A stretch of DNA of 64,000 nt. Source: Amphiscolops sp. MND2022 (Eukaryota). The position numbers and the translations under genes were made by a program. The stretch spans positions 52,204,001-52,268,000 of the forward strand of contig OZ076410.1 in the NCBI GenBank assembly GCA_964187785.1, written 5' to 3'. Of this stretch, positions 42,851-54,659 are shown one piece after another. Position 1 is the stretch's first letter, and each line of letters starts with the position of its first letter. The notes under the pieces were generated by a model. It was not told the DNA's origin, did not search any database, and was given only the letters and a program-made list of their open reading frames with translations.

Positions 42851-43821
42851 ACAAGAACCACAGAGATTCGACAGGTATAGTCAGTGGTTGCTACCATCAA
42901 TCGCATTGCAGGGTAAGTTTATAACTTTTATGTTGGATCAATTGAATGGATAAATTTCAGCCGATTATGATGCTGCAACTCAAAAAAAAGATAGAAATAA
43001 CTATGTATAGAACTAAATTATCAAGTATCAAATTGATCAACACTTCTCGTTCCAACTTGCTAATAAAACTTGTAATGGTCAACAGGTGCACATACGAATA
43101 AAAATTGTTTCAAAGATCAAAATACAAAGGATCAATGTCGTCTCTTGACCCACACACAGGAGTGTCATAAATACCGCAATTCTTACATCATGAAGAGAAC
43201 ATAGTTTTTTTTCCAAGTTTTGGCACAGCAGATTCAGTTCATCTACGACCTAAAACAAAAACGCTTAACTATCTTCTAGTGTTACTAGCACATACCAAAT
43301 TAATGTAAAATTTGTATCGCAACTTCTACATCAAGAGCCTGGCAATCATGTCCTAAAACATGGGATCTAATAATATTTCTTGTGAAAGATGCAGCGATTA
43401 AAAGAATGATATGAGTGCATACTGTTAAAACTCAAAAAAGGCACAACTTCATTCCCGGAAGCTGCAGTGCCTTTCAATTTAACACGGCTTTTATTATAAA
43501 CTCAGACACTCAAAAGACATTCTGGAAAAAATTGATACTGCAAACTGGTAGGAAATGAGAAAAATAAAGCTGAATCAACAAAAAACAAGGGAGCATGTCT
43601 AGAAGTTTCAGCGGCAGAATTGCGATTTCAGCGGCAGATTGCAAGAACAGCTGTTTATTTCGAAAATTGGGATTATTTCGAAAATTAAGAAGCAGCTCTC
43701 ATTCGACGGCAGCAACTGCCCAATAAAAACGGGTTTTCAAATATGTCGAAACATTGAAGAAAAAATCACTTGGATCTCAATGCTGATATGATTTCATGTA
43801 AATAAAAAAATCTGATCGGTG

Positions 43822-46383
43822 CTAACGGTGCCGTGGAGGTGATCTTGATCGGGATCGATATACAGCTCGGCTTCCTCCACCGCCTCTGCCCCGATAAGGT
43901 CGCGCGGGAGCACCCCGTGAGTCCCTTAAAAGACACGTGAATATTTTTCGATTCATGAAGGTTTCCATTTTTCTGAGAATTCCAAATTCGAGAAGTACAC
44001 GGAGAATCGATAAGCTCAATTGCTGAAATTTTGGAAACATGATTGAGAACAAATAGTTTTTTGAAAAATTTGGAGAGAAGGGTGAACAAGAGTAAACTTA
44101 TGGGAAGTATACTTTAGAGTCATGTAACTTGCCTTGGGAGGACATAACTGATTGTTGGTCTCTGATTTGGTGCGATTTGTAATTGGATGGTTGGTTGCTT
44201 TGCGACTGGTTCAGTTCAAAGCTACAATTTATGCTAATCGATTGTTGAGTAAACTAATGCCGCCCAGTTTATGGGAAACTCTTCAACGTGTCAACCCAGA
44301 ACGTGCCTGTCCAATACTGCTCTATTATCTGACACCCATTTTAAACATGACTGAATTTCAGGCGAGGCGTTGCTTGATGTTTCCTTGATACTGACAAATA
44401 TTTTTGGAGCAAAGACATGTTCTGCACTTTTTGCTTTATCTTGCTCCATGCTTTGGCTGATTCCTTTTGATGGTTAGCCCACACTTTATTGGCTGACTGA
44501 CTAATTATTTGCAATGAACTTGGATTGTAAGAACTCGCTTGTGATTTACGGCAACGAAGACAGGTTGATATCTCAGCCTTGCTACGATTGCCGCTGTATA
44601 TGGGCTAATTGCAGATGAACTGCTATCGTTTTTACTACTGGCAGTTATGTCTATCCTGAAGAATTAAAACAACATCAAATTATAAAATCACATGTGTAAA
44701 ACATGTCATACCAAAGGTTTAGACTAGAACGATTTACATAGTATATACCTTGCGCGAACTCCGAAGTACATTCCAGGAGTCGGGGTGGTTGCACGCTGGG
44801 AAAGTGAGTATTCAATTCGTACAACTCTTCCATGCACTTCTCTACCGTTGCACTTATCCCGAACCTGATAAAGCAGACTTAACTCAGTGACAATCACGTT
44901 ACAGCACTACGAAAAGAGCAGGTAAAAAACATACGTAAGTAGCATCTTCCACAGTTTCGAAATTCATGAATCCAAAACCTCTATTGCGATTGGAAATGTA
45001 GTCAGTAATGAGCCGACAATTTCTGAAGCCAGGATAGGATCCAAACATTTTTTCTATATCCCTTTCAGTAGTTCGCTCGTCCAAGCCAAAGATACCAAGA
45101 CATCTGGAGGGCGCAATGGGACCCTAAAAATTTTTAGGAAAATAAATTCGATCCTATTAAATGTGAGTCTGCAACTGATTAACTTTTTAAATAATAACCC
45201 GCTCAGATCTTCGGCCATGCGAACGACTACGGCTTCTGCGTCTATCCAGACTTCGAGATCTGTCCCTTGAAACAACCCATAATTAATAATAGATAACTGT
45301 TGGGGACGAAATTTTTCGAAGCATGTCACAGATTAAAGAAACATCTTGAAAGAAAATTTAAAACGTGGTTTTCAGTCAAAAGGAAGAAAGTTGGACCCGG
45401 AAACAATTAAGAACATCTTGGAGAACTTTGTATGAAACATTCTGCGGACAATCGTTAAATGATATAATTTTAGACTCTGTTTGATGCCCTATTTATTGAA
45501 GAATGACCTTGTAGTAAATCATAACTGCTACGCGCTGCTGAGTAGCCAATCACTTAAATACGTTGACTTCTTAATTGACAAAACGTTGATAATGAGATGT
45601 TGAAAACCTCATAGGTTTTACCACAGTTTCTGTCAAATTGTCTTGCCCAAGCCCAGTATTACAATAATTGGACAATTCTTTTTAAAATAATTGTTTTGTC
45701 TCACAAATTGTAAGTGGTCCGGTGACAGAGAAGGTTCGTTTGGAAGAATTTTGGAATATCCAACTTGGAAGACATTGCTTGGTACATTACCGAGACTTGA
45801 AGGTTTGAAATTCAAACAAAAACTCATTTTGAGCGATTCTAAAGAACTATTGTACAACAACCCATGTTTATAATAGATAACCCACCAATAGGGTAATATT
45901 TGAGTAGCGAGAACCCGAGCATTCTTGAAAATTCAATCCCATCTTCGGGATTACTAACCAGAAATTCTTCATGTTTTGGATATGTAGATCGCGTTTCAAG
46001 ATTTATTACTGCCTGTGGCCACTTGCCAAGTGAGTGCGCGCATACAACAAGTTTCCGAAACCAAACTGCTTCAGGTTTTTCGCCAAATCCAAGTATTCAA
46101 CATAATACCTCCTAACATGATGACCAACATAGCACGAGATAAGGAAAAATAGCGAGTCCACGCCACTAAATGTTTCGATTGGGTCCACACTACTTAAGGG
46201 TCATGATTGATAGCTACGAAAAAAAATTAATAACAACTAGCCTGTTTTGTTTCCTGTCGCGGCTTCGTGAACGCGATTCATAACTGCGCGATCTCGATCG
46301 TCTCTGGAATGAGTTCATCACACAATGACTTTCAGATAAGCTAAGGAGGACAGAATGAAGTAACGGCAACTTACGTTAGGCAT
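43822..46383 (-). CDS. tra2: Transformer-2-like SR splicing factor (RS-RRM-RS), predicted 6 coding exons, about 180 aa: 46383-46375, 46303-46242, 45265-45199, 45123-44935, 44864-44749, 43924-43822
   Basis: The RRM reads RCLGIFGLDERTTERDIEKMF...RGFGFMNFETVEDA, followed by the Tra2 hallmark RVVRIEYSLSQRATTPTPGMYFG. RS tracts flank it (RSRSRSYESRSRSRD, RRRSRSRS, RGGGG...YRSRSRSPPR). Exon phases join without stops and the short introns are 70-75 nt. The exon-2 donor is a predicted GC and is the least certain part. Confidence 0.88.
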
Positions 46384-47035
46384 GATGAGAAGAGAAAAGA
46401 ACGGAGTTTCCACAGGAAATGATCTGAAATTAGACTTTTTCACAAAACGAGCAATTTCAACATACAACACTGAGTTTAATATCGTTTTTTTACTGCGACA
46501 TCTATTTAGGTGTCTATTCATAGTCAAATTCGAGAATTCAATTTCAAATCCGCATTCAAATAACGAAAATATATTAAATGGGTCGATAAATATAGTTGGA
46601 TGGAACAAAAAAATCAGAATTGGATCGTCGTCATCAATCAGCGTTTTAAAAAAAACGCTTCTTTATTCATCATGTGCCCCCAGCCCGGGCGACAGACAAA
46701 ATACTCCAAGATAGGAAACAAAAAGAATTGAGAAACGAAATCATGCAACCTGAGAGTTCAATGGATCGAGGACATTTCAATTCAGAAACTCACTGAGGCT
46801 CGTGAAAAGGTATCGATTATGAAGCAAAGAACACATAAATTTCTAGATTAAACAAAACGGTCATTGAACACAGATTTACAAGTAGTAAAGTTCGCTTAAG
46901 TGGTCTTAGTCCCGAACCGTTCCAACTACACTGGCCGCATTGCCTGCCTGGATTGCGAGAGTCTCTGCCTGAAAAACGACCCGGCTCTATTTTCCTGGTT
47001 GAACATGCACAATTTTTTTACACAGGTTCTTCAAG

Positions 47036-47588
47036 GGTTACCAGTCACTTGGCTTAATACCATTTGGCTTAATTTTTTCGTCGAGTCATTTGGCTTAAAA
47101 ATTTTAAGCCAAGTGACCACAAAATTAAGCCAACTCCTTTCCAACTCGAGGAATAAAAATGTCAACGAAAATATCATAATGTGGGGCATATGCGGTGTAT
47201 GCACGCTCGCCCTCACCGTCGCAAAGACCAGCTCCCACTACGATCGCTTCGCGATCTTCGTTCCCGCTAGGTCTTTGCTCCTGTTCGACCTCGCTTAGCA
47301 AGATGGGAATATAAGCGGCCCCAAGGGGCCGCAGGGCACTAGAGGAAATGGGGACATATCCGAGGGGTACTTGATATGACATGTTATAATAGTACGCTGA
47401 CTACGTTATAAAGATAAATTCGACAAAATCTGCCACATGTTTTTAACTAAGTGGTTTTAAGTCAAATGACTTTAAGCCAAGTGACCAATACCCGAGACAC
47501 TTAGCTTAAAAAAATTAAGCCAAGTGACCAATTGTATTAAGCCAAATGACTTTAAGCCAAATGGCATTAAGCCAAGTGACCATTTACC
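47036..47588. mobile_element. Foldback-type MITE (family B), 553 bp, 8-bp target-site duplication
   Basis: Ends are ggttaccagtcacttggcttaat and attaagccaagtgaccatttacc, with modular subterminal ttaagccaa repeats. TSD tcttcaag occurs at 47028-47035 and 47589-47596. Removing the element restores the CRE frame TFLKNL. Confidence 0.9.
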
Positions 47589-47781
47589 TCTTCAAGAACG
47601 TGGACGTGGAAGGTCCGACTCCTCCCTGAATTTCAAAGGCTAAGGGTTGGAAGATGTATCCTTTGTCAGTCAAACAAACGTACTTAACTGTTTTCAATTC
47701 CTCTTCATCCTCAGCGACTGTGCCCGGGTTGGCAACAGATCCGTTCTCTATTCTGCTGGGGGCAAGAAGATCGACACAAGT

Positions 47782-48130
47782 GGGTGGGCGGAAATAGGTC
47801 GAAGGAACGGGATCGAAAATCAGGGTTAGTCCTCAGGTCGACATTTGAATGGGATCGAAATTTTTTGAATGGGATCGAAACAACTCGGATCGAAATTTTT
47901 ATAACGTAGTCAGATATGTTCACATACCCCTAGTGCCCTGAATGCAGGAGCGAAGCGACGTGCCATATGGCATGCCTCAATGTTGTTTCTTGGCGAAGGG
48001 AGCGAAGCGACCGAGCCATACAACAAAGACGATAAAATTCGACCGCATTCAATTCGATCCCTGCAATTGGATCGAAAGGTTCGACCTCTGTCCTTTCGAC
48101 CAGAAAAATTCGACCTATTTACAGCCACCC
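47782..48130. mobile_element. Mutator/Foldback-like MITE (family A), copy 1, 9-bp TSD
   Basis: TIRs are gggtgggcggaaataggtcgaa and ttcgacctatttacagccaccc. TSD gacacaagt occurs at 47773-47781 and 48131-48139. Removing the element restores WDVTCVDL. Confidence 0.92.
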
Positions 48131-50922
48131 GACACAAGTAACATCCCAAACTAATTGCTTGCCTTCATCCCAGGGCGCAAGGTTAATTCCGTCTGGGCGC
48201 TTTCCGTCTGATCGGGTCAGACCTTTTGGTTCCAGAATTGAGGGAACTTTGATGGAACTCAGCGCCTGTTTCACTAGAGTATTAAGGTTGTGGTGCCTCG
48301 AGAAACGTACCGCGCTTCTGCCACCGGAAAGACCATGATGTCCGTTCTTTTCGACAAGTTTACCACAACGGCAAGTGTGTTTCTCGCAAATTTTCGCGCC
48401 CAGGCGAAGGGATAACGAGATGCGCAGTTGCTGATCTGTTACCTTCGGACCGAGATTTTTGCTTGGTACAACATTCAGCCAAGCGGAACCAAAGGTGTCT
48501 TGGTAAGCGTTCAATCTTTCGACATTTTCCACATCGAGGTGTGTTATCAGTTGATCAAAAGTAGTATCACTCAAAGGAGACGTCCAATGTTTTTGGATGA
48601 AGTCCGACGGTGCTTCTGATAGGTTCGCTTTCGTCAGCCACAAATTCAATGCCTTTTCAAACGATGCATCAACATAGTCTTCCGGAAGGATACAAGACAG
48701 AGCACATTTGGCGCCCGTTGCTGAAGCTAAAAAACAGGAAGAGCAATCTGGGAAGCCGATGCTATGCCTATGCCTCCTTTGGAGACTGGGAAAATCGCCT
48801 GAGTATAGCTGCTTTCATTAAAATTGACTTTACAGATTTTGGACAATGATTTGCGAAGAATGGAATCATATTGCTGTAAGAGATCCAACTCTTCAAAGCA
48901 AGGGCTGGTGCGAAGAAAGTACAGTAGTTTCGGTAGACTGAAACAGTTCTTCAACAGGTAGAAACCATAGTGGGCGTCTAATTTTGTAACAACTTCAGAG
49001 AGTCTTTGCAATTCAATCATTTTTTTTGTTCAACAGGACTCAACGAGCATTTGCGCCCATTGGCGACCCTAAAAGTTCCAACTTCTCATGATCCTCTACT
49101 TTGATACCCTGGCAAATTTCTTCAAAAAGCGTTTTTATTCTCTTTTTTGAGCTTTCGGTACAATTTCCGAGGAAAATCAGGTAATATTTAGTTTTTTCGA
49201 GAGACAACCCATACTCATCGGCGCTAGCAATGATTCGTTTGAGGTCCTCAAGGACCGGCCGATAGTGATCCGAAAGATTTCCGTCGTCGAGGTACCAAAC
49301 ATTATATTGCGAAACCCTTTGGTTAACGAGGTCTTGAATAGTGTCGGAGAAGAGAGCAGGACCTTCGGGGTCTCCTTGCTGACAGCCCTCTTGTGATTGA
49401 ATTACTTTGTCTCCAAAGAAAAGATGATATGTTTCGCTATATGCAGAGTGCGTGTAATTGTAAATCCGTCGTCGTTTTCGGAAAACGGTGTCTAACATTT
49501 TGTCACGTTTCAGCGAGTTAAAAGCATTTTTGAAATCCATCTTCAGATTAACGTTTCCAGCATTCTTCTCGTTCTCAATGAGATTTCGAAAAAGTTGTGC
49601 TGCGATTTCGGCTACACGACTTGTCCCGCAGCCGAACTGCGTACCATGAAAATCAATTCGTCGTTGGTCAGTCGCGAAGGAGCTCACACATTTTGAACAT
49701 ATTCGACGCAGCGTATTTCCAACCGCAAGTGGTCGAACTCCGCCGTCTTTTTTCCGAAGGCCGATAAGTTTAGCATCGAAGAAAAAAGGTCTCAACCCTA
49801 CAGGGATTTTGCCCTCTAAGACAATGTTTAGTACGCTTGTTAGCTTCTGGAGGAACTCGTTGCCTATAAGCCCGTTGCTCTTTGCGATGAGGTCTTTGTA
49901 CAACTGGGGCACAAGTAGGCTTGGTCCACCCGACGACCCAGAAGGGAAGGAGTTGATTGCCTTCGCTACAGTGGGCTCAAACACAATTAAGCTATCTTCG
50001 ACGACTTGTTGGGCATGATTTGCGGCTCGAGGGGGATGTTTTGACTGAACTTTTTCATAAGTGTTGTTGTCAAAGGGAGCTACTGTGTCGTCAGACGCTG
50101 CCAGTCTTATTCCCGCCCGGACGTTCCCTCATCGAGCTTGGCGGATACTCCCCAGATCAGATTTCTAATTGCTTTAGTGACAGCTATTATAGTATCAATG
50201 GTAAGGGGCAGTGGAGCACCCGTATCCACAACTTTACAAGGTCTGCACAAATAATCTTCTTCCTCCGACTGCTTTTTCGTAATACCCACGCATTTGATAT
50301 GGAACCATTTACGGCATTTTGAGCATCCTACCCAAGAAATTCTGCCGCTGGGTTTACAACATTTTTGATCGGAGCAGAACTTTTTGATTCCTCTTCGGGA
50401 CATTTTTTTCAGGCACTGCACACGACACGTGATACAATGCTCATATTGAGAGAGAAGACCGAACAACCAAAAACGAGAAAAGGGACAAACAAGAGGAAGC
50501 CGGCTGGGGGTTTCTAAAAGCATCCAAAAATGAAAGTCTGAGACTTCATTAAAAAAATGAAATAAATTATACAATTGGAATTATCTCACCGGGTTGTGAT
50601 GTTCTTTCAGCCCAAGTGCAGCGACAAACTAACAAAACAGCGTCAGAGATGTTGTCCAGTTGTCTCAAATACAAATCATAGTCATCTCTGAAGCTATTCA
50701 ACACTCCTATCACAACAATTAGGCTGTTGTTTGCTGTAAAACAATTCATCCTTTGTCGGATGAAACACTTTCTGTTTTGAAGAAACTGGATGTTAACAAA
50801 GCTGGAGGCACTGACGGACTCAGAAACTTGTTTCATCCTGTCTTACAAAGTCCCTTAAATTATTTACAACAGGATCTGCAACAAAGCCAGCTTCCCAAGC
50901 ACTTGAAAAGGTAGAATAATTC

Positions 50923-51159
50923 TGTTAAGACCTGAACTCCTGATCGTGACTCGGTTGTCGGATTACTGAAGATTGAATATTGTCAATACTTTGTGTGTGC
51001 TGATACTTTGAGATGTGTGTTGAGAAAGTGATTCAGTCAAGTGAAGATAAAATAACAGGTACATGTTTACAAACAATAATAATAAACTAAAATAGTTGTC
51101 CAGTATAGTCTGAGTTGGTTGACCTTCAATTGTCCTTTGACCTTCGTTGGTCTCCAACA
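50923..51159 (-). repeat. Probable 3' LTR of the Copia remnant (about 237 bp) preceded by a polypurine tract
   Basis: On the minus strand gagcggggg is immediately followed by TGTTGG. A candidate end ...gtcttaaCA lies at 50923. No second LTR was found to confirm the length. Confidence 0.55.
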
Positions 51160-54100
51160 CCCCCGCTCGATGAACGTCTCCGAGGGTTGTTGGTGGTTGA
51201 TGATGGCGATCCACTGTGCTTCACCATCTGTTGTGTCAAGGCAGCGGTTGAGAGGGCTCTATCCATCAGTTGAAGAGGATCTGAAAGTCGTCATAGTTCT
51301 AGTTGTAACAAAATGATGGGTAAAGTAAAACAATTGAGTTGTGAGGGAGGCAAGGAGTAAGTCGATGATTGAGGTGGCCGAATGACAGAGTTGCAATGAG
51401 AGCTCGTTGAAGGCAGGCTGGGTAGGTTCTTGGTTGGTTTGCGGAAATAGGTCGAAGGAACGGGATCGAAAATCAGAGTTAGTCCTCAGGTCGACATACG
51501 AATGGGATCGAAACAACTCGGATCGATATTTCTATAACGTAGTCAGGAATGTTCACCTAGTGCCCTGAATGCAGGAGCGAAGCGAAGCTGAGCGACGTGC
51601 CAAATGGCCACGCCTCAATGTTGCTACTTGGCGAAGGGAGCGAAGCGACCGAGCCATACAACAATTACGATAAAAGTCGACCGCATTCCATTCGATGCCT
51701 GCAAGTTGATCAAAAGGTTCGACCTCTGTCCTTTCGACCAGAAAAATTCGACCTATTTACAGCCACCCGTTCTTGGTGAAGATATCAGCCAAGTAGTTTT
51801 CTATGTGTTTAGCACGTTTGTGGGCGACAGGGTTGCTGGCCAGTGCGAGTGCCCCTTGATTGTCGCCACACAACAAAACAGGCGTATCCACCGTCATCAA
51901 GCAGAAGAAGGTGATCAAGAGTTGCAAATAGACGGCTTCCTGTGCATCCAAAGCCAAGGAGACATACTCGGCTTCGCAAGAGCTAAGTGCCACACACCCT
52001 TGCTTTTTGGACGCCCAAGAGTCAACACTACTAAAACAACATAGTTTGGAGCAAAAACTCGAAGTTGACTTGGGATCATCCTTGTCGGTGGCCCAATGGA
52101 AATTCGAAAAACCAAAAAGTTCGAGTTTTTCAGAGCAGTTATACACAAGAGAGACTCAGTGCCCTTGAGAAATCGGAGGTGTTTCAATGCACACCAATGG
52201 GCTTTACGGGGATTTGACACGAATTGCGCTAAGTTATAGACAGCAAAACAAACGTCGGGGCGACTAACATATGTTTCTGTTATTGTTTCTGTTCGCAAAA
52301 CTCAAGTGAGTTTTCACTACCTTGGATGGGGCAGTCCGATTTAGACTGTTTCGTATGGGGTTTAGCTTGCGTACTGACTGGTTTACAATTAGTTATATGG
52401 CTTTTGCTAAAAATGTTTTTTACATATGAACGCTGACTAGGAGATTTGCAGCAAAAGAGTCAAAATAAGTCTCATCAAAGGAGACGTTGCGATAAAACGA
52501 AGTCTTTTTAGAGTGAGGATTGACCGAAAGTTATGCTTCGGAATCGTTAGAATAACCAACAAAAATTTCTTTGTGGCTTTATTGGAAAGTTTCTCTTTTT
52601 GCGTTTCAATGTGTTTGAAAGCAGTACACCCAAAAACTCTCAAATCGCAAAGATTTGGTTTTTCACCAAGAAACATTTCGAAGAACGTTTTACCTTTTGG
52701 TAAACTAACTGTGAGGCAGCGCTTTGAAATGCAAAAAGCAGTGTGTAAGGTCCGAACACAAAATTCATTACCGAGTTTCGCTGTTTTTAGCATGCAGCGA
52801 GCAATTTCGACGTTCGCTCACACCATTTTGATGAAGCGAATAATGGGCAGTATGCTCACGTTTGATTCGGTTTGAATAAAAAAAATTTCGAAAAGACTTT
52901 GAAATGTACTTTCTCCCATCATCAGAACGGATTGCTCTGGGTCTTCCACTTGCGCACAAAAAACTTTGAATTTATCTAGGCACTCCTCCTTCGATTTGAG
53001 GAATTATACCGCTGAGTACCTGCTGCCTGCTGTAGCTATGTTATAAAATAGCGTGTCGATTGCCACCAGGCAAAGTAGTTGGCATCGGGTCCAAAATGTC
53101 AGTGAAAACGAGATCAAGTTTCGAAGATTTACTTTTCTCCATTTTCCGCGATACTGGTTGCCGTCGTGACTTAGAAAATTTGCAAACTTCACAACAACAA
53201 TGTTTATTAGAAGCAATGTTTTTCAAGGTCATTCCCAGAACATGATTAGCCAAACGTTTCTCATTTTGAAAGGATTGTGACCAAGGCGATCGTGCCACAG
53301 CACTGCTTCATCGTTTTTGCCGGAAAAAGAACAAAGATCAATTGTCTTTCCTTTCACAACGTACCGATAAGCGTGCGTTTCAAAAGGAAGTTGCTTTTCC
53401 ATTGACAAAACTTCTCAGAGATTGTTCGAAGTTCACTTGAGCCCTGTTGTGTCTCAACTTGCTAACGCTGATCAAGTTATGAAAATGATCAGGAAGAAAA
53501 AGACAGTCGGACAATGTCACACGACGCTCAATCCCATCTTTGTCCAAAAGTAAAGGAGAAACATTTCCAACACCCTCAAAAAGCGTGAAAGTCCCATTCG
53601 CATTTATTTTTACCTTGCGTTGATTTTCTTTGCTAAAGTCGAAGAACATAGAACAGTCAAAAAACATATGCGAGAAAGCACCGGAGTATATGACCGAAAT
53701 GCGCTCCCTCACCTCGCATTTTTGGCTAGTGAGTGCAGTCTCACTACCATCGCAAAAAAGTAAGTCTTTAGTTAGGTTTGTTTCTCCTGTCTCAGAACTT
53801 GACCTAGGTTTCAAAAGAGGGTTTTTCTTGAAACATTTATTCCCTTCATGGCCAAAACGCATGCAAAAGTTTTACTGGGATACTCCACAAGTGACTTGTT
53901 GATGTCCACTTTTACCGCAAGGCCTACACTTCCCAGTGAACTTTTCAGGCTTACGCGAGGAACTTTTCGCAGCAGTTCCTTTGGATAACAAAGGTACATT
54001 TTCATTGCTAGCTGTAGCAGTTTGAAGGTTACGAGATCTTTCGAATTTTTTAACGCCCACTTTACTTCTGTAGAAGATGCATTATCTTTCAAAAAACCGT

Positions 54101-54650
54101 GAACAGTTTTGAAATAATTGAATCCTGCCGGCTCTAAATCTTTGTTTTAATGTCTAGATAGTTTTGTGGCTTGCCATAGAGAATTTTTATATATTTTTTC
54201 GTCTATCACATATCATGGATCTTTGTCAGCAATCAAATGCCATGCGTGTAAACCGTTCCGTTCAACTCTTCTACCACAGTAGCACGAATGAACAACACAG
54301 ATGTTGGATCCGAGACGTAATCCAATCAAACCCGAAGCTGCTGATCATCAAGTTTCAGGCCTAGGTTTTTGCAAGAACAATGTTCAGCCACAGTGACCCG
54401 AACTTGCCTTAATGAGTCTTAAAAATTTTCGAAGTTTTCTCGACGTCTCCAAGGAAAAAATTCCACTTTTTGTGGAGTTCATTCTCAGTCCCAGCGTTTT
54501 TTCCGCTTCAACAAGTTTTGAGATTTTTAGAATGATTCTGTAATCCTCACTTGAATTTCTTTCGCCGAGGTAAATTTATTTTCGAACCCAAACTGTCAAT
54601 CAAACAGATGGAATTGACAATCCTAAATGGAATCCGAAAATAAAGCTGGA
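51160..54650 (-). mobile_element. Ty1/Copia LTR retrotransposon remnant (gag knuckle, protease, integrase, partial RT, RNase H)
   Basis: Gag knuckle CRPCGKSGHQQVTC; protease-like SGAFSHM; GAG-pre-integrase CEVCKFSK; integrase RSDDG...HQNGVSERRN and LRVFGC; RT end SRPDVCFAV; RNase H VALSSCEAEY...DNQGALALASNP...ADIFTK. The domain order is Copia-type. Most of the RT is deleted and there are many frameshifts. The gag-side boundary is approximate. Confidence 0.9.
51435..51768. mobile_element. Mutator/Foldback-like MITE (family A), copy 2, 9-bp TSD
   Basis: Same body as copy 1. TSD gttcttggt occurs at 51426-51434 and 51769-51777. Removing the element restores Copia DIFTKNLP. Confidence 0.92.
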
Positions 54651-54659
54651 GACTCCAGA

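Larger units (their letters stand above)
46850..50403 (-). mobile_element. CRE-clade (R2 group, restriction-like endonuclease) non-LTR retrotransposon, decayed, split by two MITEs
   Basis: N-terminal PHD finger; EGNVRAGIRLAASDD...KHP; RT motifs GVRPLAVGNTLRR, DFKNAFNS, QQGDPEGPALF and WYLDDG; zinc motif CRCG...HHG; endonuclease RPDG...LVWDVTCVD. After removing the MITEs the C-terminus reads YIFQPLAFE...AIQAGNAASVVGT. Several frameshifts are present. Confidence 0.88.

Noticed and set aside
46400-46850. Divergent plus-strand gene sharing the tra2 promoter (ORFs 46382-46714 and 46900-47298)
   Set aside because: There is no coherent exon chain or domain, and the second ORF is the antisense of the CRE end plus MITE sequence.
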